From Oculina patagonica (taxonomy: Eukaryota), in assembly GCF_052425735.1 (NCBI RefSeq), contig NC_135761.1:21390001-21454000 (forward strand): DNA of 64,000 bases. Reading direction: 5' to 3'. Positions 43,397 through 53,514 of the stretch are shown one piece after another (the stretch's first letter is position 1; every line of letters begins with the position of its first letter). The notes below the pieces were generated by a model, which was not told where the DNA came from, did no database searches, and saw only the letters and a program-made list of their open reading frames with translations. The position numbers and the translations under genes are program-made.

Positions 43397-45287
43397 AAAT
43401 TCACCACAAAAACCAGGAAAATGCTCCATGGAGTAAAATCACGCAATTTATTTATTTTTCTGCTTGACGCAGACATCGAAGAGGCCAAAAACGCCACCAT
43501 GGGTGACCCAGATGACTAAGAAAAACGTCGATATCCTAGAATTTAGGACTGGAAAGAATCTAGGACTAAATGTCCCCGGAGCCCATCATTTCTCGAGCCA
43601 AGGCTCCGCCGGCTAAGAGAACCGAAAAGGGCTGGAACGAGAATGAAACGAGAATGGTGTTACCCTGGAGGGGAAAAGAAGGAAAGAAAAGGAAACGAAA
43701 CGAAAAGCAAGGCAAGTGAAAGGAAGGAAAAGAAAGAAAATGAAAAGAGAAGGAAAACGGGGGAGAGGAAAGAAAAGAAAAGGAAAAAGAAAGCATGCAG
43801 TCGTCGTTTTGTTTTGCCAGAAAGCGTCACAGTCCCAGCAACTGGCTTTGTAGCCAACCTTCGATTTTTGTGGGCGATTGAAACGATCTTTGCCAAGGAA
43901 AAAGGACTTAATCCGGCAAGTGTTCTGAAAAATCAACCAAAGGTTCACAAAACCATAAAATTTATTAACACAAGATTAACGACGGCGCTTAGAAGCTTCG
44001 GTTTGGAAACCTAGATAAGGTAACACAAGGATTACATCTTTCTTGGGAACCGTGGTAACAGATTCGGAAAGACTGTTCCTATGTTTATTTAAGACATCAT
44101 CAACGTTGAAGGAAGTTATGCCATTCGGGGTTAAATAGATATGAGGCGTTTATAAGAGAGAGGCGTTTATTTCACTTTTACTCTAAAAACGTCAATAAAA
44201 CAAATAGGATGCGTAGTTTGCTAGCGGAGTAAGATACAAAAAGAGTTGGTAAGTAGGAAACTAATCTAATCTGCTCTAATGCAAAGCCTAGAAATGCCGT
44301 TCATATTTGGATATCGACGTTTTCTTAATCATTTTTTTAGTCGTTTTCTTAGCCTCTTCGATGTCCGCGTCAAGCAAGAAAATAAATAAATTGCGTGATT
44401 TTACTCCATGGAGCATTTCCCTGTTTTTTTTTAGGTGATTTTTGGAGGGGGCCTCTTTCGTGTTTCGTACGGGATGGTAAATGGGGAGAGGAACGGGGAG
44501 AGGTGTAAAGTAAGCGCGCGGAGCCTGGAGAGAATCGAAACGAAAGCGCGCGGGGTAAGCCCGTCGTCCCCCGCGCTCTCCCTATTTTAATTTTTCGTGT
44601 TTTCGCCTTCCTCCCCCCGTGTTTTTCGCCTTCCCCCACTAAAGGAGCCTCTGCGGAGGAGAGAGGGAGGGGCGTTTATAAGATACGGGGCGTTTATTAG
44701 AGAGGGGCGTCTAATACAAACTTTACACTTCAGGGGAAGAGTTTATTTGAAAATGTTAGCATTATTCCTTTTAGTTAATTTTATATACTGATTTTACAAT
44801 ATTGTTGTTGATTTTGGGATGAGACAATTTTTCTCAAAGAATTGGTAAAATTTAGAGAAATAAGAAATATTGGAGATTTTATGTGATTTTAAAATTAGAA
44901 TTTAAAGTTCAAAATTGCCTTGTAGACGGACACCAGACAGTCCCTGACAACCTGGAGTGCTCTTGCGTGGGGGTCAACTGTCTGGTGGTGTTTCAAAAAC
45001 AATTTTCTTTCTCGTTTCACTCAAATGCACATTTACCCCCGCGTTAAGTAATAAAACTCACTTTGCAGTTCAACCCGGTATAGCGGGGTTTTGTTTGTCT
45101 GCAACGCAGGCTTTTTCAGTTATGAATTAAGTTTCAAAGTAAGCAAATGGAAAGCTGAAAAACATCCTATTCTTCAACAGGTTCGAGTTCACTGAGCGGA
45201 CGCAACGTTGAACAGTCAGCTGTCATGAAGTACCTACTTGAACGAGCACTTAAACAGGGGTAACTGCCATCACTCGACATCTCGCAT

Positions 45288-46262
45288 TCACTGCCATTTC
45301 ACAAGTTTAGTGATTCCGTCCCTAATCTGGGCATTTCCTCTGTAATACAACACAGGGTTTATACCAGAGCAAAGAGTGGTGGTAGGATAGAATAAGGGCC
45401 TTACAAATAAATTGATTTTTGTACCAAGGATCTGCGATAAACCGATTAGAAACGTCAGGGGAATTATCAACAAAACAAGTAAACAGACAACATGGCGAGT
45501 AGTCGCTGCTAGCTGGCGCTCAATTGCGTTATTAGCGGTAGCAGGATTTACCCGAGCGCTTTCCTCCATTACCTGTGCGACTGCATTGTTATGCTTACGA
45601 AGGGTCACAAGAGTTAATATCTGGACAGCTACAACCAGACAAGAGAAGAGGATTATGAACCACGCTTGAAAGATCTCGAGCGCTTTGGGAGGAGGCACCT
45701 TAACATGCCGTAATATCACCATTGAAACTGATGACAGCCACACTCCGCTGCAAGCAAAAATAGCATGCTGCATCTTGACGGTCGTTTTGTACCACATTGG
45801 TTTAGCGACTGCTAAGTAGCGATCCACGCTTATCACTCCAAGATTACCCAGCGTAGAAAACAAACATAAAAAGAAAAATGAAGGCATAAGAGACGAGTCC
45901 CAATCGCTAGGAATGGTACACGCCTTACCAGAAAGCAACTCCTCGACACTGTGTCTAACATACATGGGCGTCACCAGCCCTCCCAACACGACATCAGTCA
46001 GAGTCAAACTACACAGCAACAGAAACCCTGGCCTGATTCGAAGGCCACCCCTGAGAATGGCAATCAGGACTAACCCGTTTGACAGGAAACACCACAGACC
46101 TAACAAAGAGGTGACCGGAACGAGAAAAACGCTGGAGTAATAAAAGAATTGAAGCTGGAAAGTTTGTGAGATTCCTGTGAAAAAACACGGTCGCTTCGCT
46201 TGCTCCATTTCCAGGTCTTCTAAAGCAATCTGCGTGCCATTTGTAGTCAAGTTCAGCTTCAT
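45288..46262 (-). CDS. Orphan class A GPCR G3 (inverted copy), single coding exon, 324 aa
   Basis: Close paralog of G2 and G4 with an intact ORF and DRY, NPVLY; acceptor at 46271-46270; candidate donor at 47310. Confidence 0.93.
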   Translation of the reverse strand: MKLNLTTNGTQIALEDLEMEQAKRPCFFTGISQTFQLQFFYYSSVFLVPVTSLLGLWCFLSNGLVLIAILRGGLRIRPGFLLLCSLTLTDVVLGGLVTPMYVRHSVEELLSGKACTIPSDWDSSLMPSFFFLCLFSTLGNLGVISVDRYLAVAKPMWYKTTVKMQHAIFACSGVWLSSVSMVILRHVKVPPPKALEIFQAWFIILFSCLVVAVQILTLVTLRKHNNAVAQVMEESARVNPATANNAIERQLAATTRHVVCLLVLLIIPLTFLIGLSQILGTKINLFVRPLFYPTTTLCSGINPVLYYRGNAQIRDGITKLVKWQ

Positions 46263-48092
46263 GTTCACGCTGTGAAAAGAGATGAATAAGTTTTGTTTTA
46301 CACAAACACAATAGGGCTCAGGCTTAGAATTTGGAGTCTTCTCACTGATTCAATACATTTTCTTTCATGCTTTCTTCTAGTGATAGATTAATACCACATC
46401 CCTCCCTGCTACTAGATTGGAATTGTGTTTGGTCATCCCGAATTCAACTTCTCCACTATGTGTAAATAACTAGCTGGTCAGCCTTCTGCCAGTTGGGGCT
46501 TCTAACAAGTTCATGTTTGATTTTCATTATTTATTTGTTTATTTTTTTATTTACAGTGTCCTCAATTAGCACAGCAGTGCTAAATAAATCGACGCTTATA
46601 TAAAGTGATTTATTATTTATTATTTTGTTTATTTATCGACAACATTGAGAGGCTTTGCAAGAATATTCATATTTCATTTTTTTTTTTTGTTGCTATGCTT
46701 TTTTTCAGTTTTGGACTTGAGTCACATCAAGATAATCTGTTATCTTCGCTTAGCTCACATCCTTCCTCGGTAGAGAATTAAGTTACGAGACTCGCTTATA
46801 TCATGTCGCACAGATGAATATAGGCTTTCTGTGCTCCAAGGCTTCTTATGTCTTCTTATTGCGCATCTGAATTCTACACTGGTTCGTTCGTACGTTCATT
46901 GGACAACTTTAGCAACTTACCTTTTACATATGTGAGCGCTAACGACAAAGAGGCTTTCCAAAAACGTTTACTTCGCTCCACTGCAAAATTCTTCGGTGAT
47001 GCGGTCGAGCTTCAATACCTGATGAACATAAAGATTTAGACGATTTGTTTGACGTTTTTTTAAAAACCCATCTTTATATCAATTTTATGGAACATATTAC
47101 GCTTAAATTTGCGTTGGGTTTTAAAGGAAGTTTCACATCACGGACCCCTCTTACAAGACAAGACCATGCCGCTATCGACCAAAAAGATTTAAATTTTTCA
47201 AGGCAGTTTGAACGCGCAAATTATCTATTTTTACCGCATTAAAAATCAATTCAACTTTTTTTCGCATTTTCAATATGAAAAAGACCAAATTCAAAATGTC
47301 TAAACCTTACCGGCTAAGCTGAAGTGTAATCACAATGATGAGACGAAATATTGGTTAACAATCTTTCAGAATCACACGAACGGACAGCCTGAGATTCCTC
47401 GCAGGATATCTTTATACGTAGGGCTCAGTTGCAGCTAAACGAATATTCTCAATTTCTCAAATAAAATCTGATTAAAGTTTTAGGATTGAAGGATTTGTCA
47501 ATTTCGTGGCGGCATGGAGCAAATGTGTCATTTTCAACGGTTTGTTTTTGAAGATATCTTAAGGTTACTATTGTTAGCGGCTGCTAATTTTAGCGATTTT
47601 AGCGAGTTAGACGAAAATCGTTAAATTAATTATCGCTAAAATTTGTATCGGTCAACTTTAATACTCGTTAAAGATAATTTACACGCTAAGATTTAATGGA
47701 CTAATATTATGAACGAAAACGCAACCTGCAAGAGTATTGACGCAAACAAATTATACCTCCAAAAGTACTGCAACTGAAAACAAACTTACTAATCTATTTT
47801 ACCGACCATTTATTCCTCACGTTTTGTTAAAAACGTTTTGCTTATAAAACATTTACTTGCAATGCGTGCGCTAAAAAAAGGCTAATTTACACGCTCCTGT
47901 TTGTCGACTACGGTAGATCGGTTAATGTGCAGTGCAAACACTGCATATGTTTTCACAATATCATGTGTTGTGTTAGTCAAAGCCTTTTTTATAAAACGTT
48001 TCGAAAACTAAAATGGTGGGTTGCAGATGGCGTTTTTGTTTATCATATGAGGCCCGACACGCGAAAATTAATGAAGTGGTCACAGATTTTTA

Positions 48093-48205
48093 TAGCCTGC
48101 GAGCAGGCTCTCTATTCGGGGGCAACGTGAATATTGAACTCTTCGAGCGCCGAAGGCGCGATCTCGTGCACGTTGCCCCCGAATAGAGAGCCTGCTCGCA
48201 GGCTA
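48093..48205. mobile_element. 113-bp hairpin MITE with 37-bp perfect TIR and 9-bp TSD AGATTTTTA
   Basis: tagcctgcgagcaggctctctattcgggggcaacgtg / cacgttgcccccgaatagagagcctgctcgcaggcta; empty paralogous site at 38041-38066. Confidence 0.92.
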
Positions 48206-48820
48206 AGATTTTTAAAAATCGGCCGACTTGTCGGATAAGTGTCGCGCGATGCCGGAAGGCGCCTAAGGAGAAGACAGCGCCATTGCTCGTGTACGCGTTA
48301 ACCCCAACCAACGAGGGATAACGACAAAAGCGCCAGGTACGAAGGCAGACCCAGGTTACATTTAAACGAGCTAGTCTGTGAACAGGTTCCCAAAGGCAAC
48401 GCTCGGCTCGCTTCGCTCGCTAATTTCTTTCTTTTTTTCGCCCCGATTTATCCTGGCCGACAAATCGTAGCGTGCAAATTAGCCTTATTAACTGAGAAAG
48501 AAAATCCGGCGCAGAAACTTCTTACCATACACCGAACAATGGGGTTACGCTTGTGTGGTAATACACACTTGTTTGATTCAGAATTAATGGAACAAATTGC
48601 ATTGGTCATTAACCTTACCAAGTAAAATTTGGGGCGTAATATTTTTTTTATTATTATTATGATAAAAAAGTCGATTTAAAGACTGCTTATAAAGTAAACC
48701 TTTTAGTGATCTTACAAATGTGTATTAAAAAATTTCATTTTATTTTATTTCCGTGTTGGCCAGGAATTAACAACTGCACGATCTAAATTTCGGTACAATT
48801 AAAATAGCTATAAAAATTAA

Positions 48821-49675
48821 TAAATTTACTGATCGATGGTACACTTCTAGATACATGGATATAACCCAAAGTGTTTCCTTGAAATATTAGAAAACATCCT
48901 AAATATTTTGAACAAATTTTGGTCGTGCATGCGCGCCTTTTTCAATGTTTAATTCAGAAATTCATGTTTTACTAGATCTTCTAATTTCCTAACCAAAGAC
49001 TCGTGGGGAATTTTATTTAAAGTCTCGTATGTTCAAGATTATGTAAAAAGGCCACATTAAAATCAAAATCAAAATACTACTTTTAGAATATTGCATTGTC
49101 TTCAAAAACAATCCGTTAAATTTACCGATCGATGGTATACCTCTAGCTACATGGATATAACCCAAAGAGTTTCCGTGAAATATTAGTAAACTTCCAAAAT
49201 ATTTTGAACAAATTTTGGTCGTGCATGCGCGCCTTTTTAATGTTTAATTCAGAAATTCATGTTTTACCAGATCTTCTACTTTTTTTGCCAAAGACTCGTG
49301 GGGAATTTTATTAAAAGTTTCTTCTGTTCAAGATTATGTAAAAAGGCCACATTAAAATCAAAATCAAAATATTACTTTTAGAATATTGCATTGTCTTCAA
49401 AAACAAACCGTTAAATTTACCGATCGATGGTATACCCCTAGCTACATGGATATAACCCAAAGAGTTTCCTTGAAATATTAGTAAACTTCCAAAATATTTT
49501 GAACAAATTTTGGTCGTGCATGCGCGCCTTTTTAATGTTTAATTCAGAAATTCATGTTTTACCAGATCTTCTACTTTTTTTGCCAAAGACTCGCGGGGAA
49601 TTTTATTTAAAGTTTCTTCTGTTCAGGATTATGTAAGAAGGCCAGATTAAAAGCAAAAAATTACTTTTAGAATAA
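48821..49675 (+). repeat. ~295-bp tandem repeat, 3 copies, between divergently oriented G3 and G4
   Basis: gatcgatggta at 48831, 49127 and 49422; each unit carries ggtcgtgcatgcgcgcc. Confidence 0.88.
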
Positions 49676-50830
49676 ACCGTTGAAATGAACATGACACATT
49701 TGCTCCATGCCGCCACGAAATTGACAAATCTTTCAATCCTCAAACTTTAATCAGATTTTATTTGAGAAATTGAGAATATTCGTTTAGCTGCAGCTTAGCC
49801 CTACGTATAAAGATATCCAGCGAGGACTCCGAGGCTGTTCATTCGTGTGATTAATTGTGAAAGATTGTTAACCGATTTTTCGTCTCATCATTGTGATTAC
49901 ACTTCAGCTTAGCCGGTAAGGTTTAGACATTTTGAATTTAGTCTGTTTCATGTTGAAAATGCGAAAGAAAGTTGAATTGATTTTTGTTGTGGTGCATATA
50001 GAATATTTGCGCGTTCAAACTGTCTTGAAAAATTTAAATGACTTAAATCTTTTTGGTCGATAGCGGCATTTTCTTGTCTTGTAAGAATGTCCGTGATGTG
50101 AAACTTCTTTCAAAACCCAACGCAAATTTAAGCGTAATATGTCCCATAAAATTGATAGACATAGGTCAAACAAATAGTCTTAATCTTCATGTTCATCAGG
50201 TGTTGCAGCTCGACTGCATCACTGAAGAATTTTGCAGTGGAGCGAAGTAAACGTTTTTGGAAACCCTCGTTAGTGCTCACATAACCATTAATCATGTAAA
50301 AGGTAAGTTGCCGAAGTTGTCCAAAAACGTAAAAACGAACCAGTGTAGAATTGAGATGCGCAATAAGAAGACCTAAGAAGCCTTGGAGCACAGAAAGCCT
50401 ATATTCATCTGTGCGACATGATATAAGCGAGTCTCGTAACTTTCTTCTCTGCTGAGGAAGGATGTGAGCTAAGCAGATTATATTGATGCGACTCAAATCC
50501 AAAGCAGAAAAGCATAGCAACAAAAATGAAATGTGAAAAAATAAAAAAAATAAATAAACAATGAAAATCAAACATGAACTTGTTAAAAGCCCCAACTGGC
50601 AGAAGGCTGACCAGCTAGCTATTTACACAGCGTGGAGGAGTTGAATTCGGGACGGCCAAACTCAGGACACAAATCCAATCTAGTAGCAGGGAGGGACGTG
50701 ATATTAATCTATCACTAGAAAAAAGCATGAAATGAAATATATGGAATGCATTGATGTGACTCCAAATTCTAAGCCTGAGCCCTAGTGTGTTTGTGTAACA
50801 AAACTTTTTCACTCTTTTCACAGCGTGAAC

Positions 50831-51805
50831 ATGAAGCTGAACTTGACTACAAATGACACGCAGATTGCTTTCCCAGACCTGGCAACGGAGCAAGCGAAGC
50901 GACCGTGTTTTTCCTCTGGAATCTCACATACTCCCCAGCTTCACTTTCTTTATTACTCCAACTTTTTTCTCGTACCGGTCACCACATTGTTAGGTCTGTG
51001 GTGTTTCCTGTCAAACGGGTTAGTCCTGATTGCCATTCTCAGGGGTGGCCTTCGAATCAGGCCAGGGTTTCTGTTGCTGTGTAGTTTGACTCTGACTGAT
51101 GTCGTGTGGGGAGGACTGGTGACGCCCATGTTTGTCAGAAACAGGGTCAATGACTTGCTTTCTGGTAAGGCGTGTACCAATCCTAGCGATTGGAAGTCGT
51201 CTTTTATGCCTGTTTTTTTCAATTTATGTTTGTTTTCTACGCTGGGTAATCTTGGAGTGATAAGCGTGGATCGCTACTTAGCAGTCGCTAAACCAATGTG
51301 GTACAAAGCGACCGTCACGATGCAGCATGCTATTTTTGCTTGCAGCGGAGTGTGGCTGGCATCCGTTTTAATGGTGATATTACGGAAAATGGAGGTGCTT
51401 CCTCCCATAGCGCTCGAGATCTTTCAAACGAGTCTAATCATCCTCTTCTCTTGTCTGGTTGTAGCTGTCCAGATATTAACTCTTGTGACCCTTCGTAAGC
51501 ATAACAATGCAGTCGCACAGGTAATGGAGGAAAGTGCTCGGGTAAATCCTGCTACCGCTAATAACGCAATTGAGCGCCAGCTAGCAGCGACTACTCGCCA
51601 TGTTGTCTGTTTACTTGTTTTGTTAATAATTCCCCTGGCGTTTGCAATGGGTTTATCGATGATTCTTGGTGTGAAAATCAGTCTATTTGTAAGGCCCATG
51701 TTCTATGTTTTCGCCACTCTTTGCTCTGGTATAAACCCCGTGTTGTATTACAGAGGAAATGCTCAGATTAGGGACGGAATCACTAAACTTGTGAAATGGC
51801 AGTGA
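50831..51805 (+). CDS. Orphan class A GPCR G4, single coding exon, 324 aa
   Basis: Intact 7TM ORF with DRY, NPVLY; acceptor ttttcacAG at 50822-50823; candidate donor CCG|GTAAGG at 49916. Confidence 0.93.
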   Translation: MKLNLTTNDTQIAFPDLATEQAKRPCFSSGISHTPQLHFLYYSNFFLVPVTTLLGLWCFLSNGLVLIAILRGGLRIRPGFLLLCSLTLTDVVWGGLVTPMFVRNRVNDLLSGKACTNPSDWKSSFMPVFFNLCLFSTLGNLGVISVDRYLAVAKPMWYKATVTMQHAIFACSGVWLASVLMVILRKMEVLPPIALEIFQTSLIILFSCLVVAVQILTLVTLRKHNNAVAQVMEESARVNPATANNAIERQLAATTRHVVCLLVLLIIPLAFAMGLSMILGVKISLFVRPMFYVFATLCSGINPVLYYRGNAQIRDGITKLVKWQ

Positions 51806-52914
51806 ACGCGAGATGTCGAGTGATGGCAGTTACTCCTGTTTATGGTCGTTCAAGTAGATACTTCATAACAAATGACTGATTTTTGCGTTCCTGAGTTACG
51901 CTGAACTCGAACCTTTTTAAGACTGCCTTATTAAAGGAAATTGCTTAAGTCGCGTTAATTTTTGTTAACGTTTTATTTTCGCGCCGTTAATTTCGTGTAG
52001 CGTTTACTTATAAATTGGTTGTCATTCATTTCTTTTGTTTGGTTAAGTTTCTGAAAATGCTGATTTGAAAATATATGAAATAAAATACTAAACGAGAAGT
52101 TTCAGTGTTTTTGGTTAGACGGCTGCAGATTTGTGACTCATTAAATGTTAAGAGATTTGTATGGGAAAAAAACACCCTGGCCTGCCTAGCCTCGTTTTCA
52201 TGTTTTTGGTCATATAAATGTCCCTGTAACTTACCATTAGATAAAACTATAGCCTTGAAACTTCATTCATTGATTTACCTTGACTTGAACTTTAAGTTAA
52301 AGTGATTTCATTTTTTTACAAATGTTTCTTCTGGGAGCCGAAAATTAACGGCAGCCATATTTGAATTGGGTCTATTGATATAAACTGTGATGAACGCTCG
52401 AAGCGGTTATATTTCTTGTGTTAATAACCCTCTACGTTTTGGATTATTAGCTTAGTGTTGAAATAAACTTATCAGTTCCTGTTATCTTAACAAGCTTTTT
52501 CGTTGTGTACGTCGCGTTAATTTAATTCACTTTCTATTTTTACCCTCTCTTTCGCGTTGATTTTCTTGATTCAGTTGGAAAGTAATTTTTCCTTCAAATT
52601 CCATTTAAGACGCGTTAATTTCAAATGCCTTAACTAACACATACGTTAAAGGGACACTGTCACCAGCTTCACTTCATAACTCAAGAGCCTAACGACATTT
52701 ATACCATAACCGAGAGAATTCTCGCGCGCTGATTGGTCCAAAGTTATGGTCGATGAGAGTATAGACCATGAAAGTGACGTCAGAGCACGCCACGCACACG
52801 CGCGGGCTAGAAATGTGTAAGTTTGGTCTCTATGAATGAAAGCGAATTTCATCTTGTTTTGTTTGAATCAAGGACGCATTTGCTTTTGGAATTCAGGATT
52901 GGAATTCTACTCAG

Positions 52915-53128
52915 GTGAAAAAAAGGAAGGCAAACCAAAGAAAAGGAATCGAAAAGCAAGGAAAGGAAAGGGAAAGGAGTGATGTAAAGAAACGGAGAAA
53001 CGGAAAAAGAAACGGAAAGGGAAAGAATGAAACAGAAAAGAATAAAAAGGGAAAAAAATAAAATAAATAAAAAATAAAATAAATGGAAGAAAAGAAAAGG
53101 ATAGGATAGGAAAGAAAAGGGATGGAGA
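52915..53128 (+). repeat. Polypurine (GAAA/GGAAA-rich) low-complexity tract; similar tract at 43670-43792
   Basis: Purine-dominated strand over ~200 bp. Confidence 0.8.
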
Positions 53129-53514
53129 GGCTTCCGGTAACTCATATATGCTGAAAACAATGTTAAGATCACTATATATTTTCAATTAAATTAGTGACAC
53201 TCAACAATTTTCAGACCATGAAAGTAAAACAAAAAACAAAACAGAGAAGAAAGAACCACATTTCCGCTTATATGAAGTCTTTTTTCCAAAACACTAACTA
53301 CCCTCTTAAAAGTTAGGCCACAAATGGATTTATTCTTTATTCTTATTTATTTCATTTGCAACTTCATTTAGAACCGTTGATTGAATTAAGATAATTTCTT
53401 CGCATACTGCACTTCATTTGTATTCCGAAAATTTTTGGATACTGAATGACATACATTTTCATAATAAAAAACTGGTTTTAATTTTTAGTATCTTGTTAAG
53501 TAACATCTGATCAT

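Larger units (their letters stand above)
45180..51915. repeat. Large inverted duplication: arm 45180-47550 versus arm 49674-51915, ~2.1-kb spacer
   Basis: Reverse-complement similarity spans the 3' flank, CDS, 5' intron (including the SINE) and first exon of G3 and G4. Confidence 0.9.

Noticed and set aside
43566-44014. K/E/R-rich and F/S/L-rich ORFs (also 52849-53185)
   Set aside because: Translations of polypurine/polypyrimidine low-complexity tracts.
36124-51805. GPCRs as opsins or biogenic amine receptors
   Set aside because: No Lys at the retinal-binding TM7 position and no Asp3.32.
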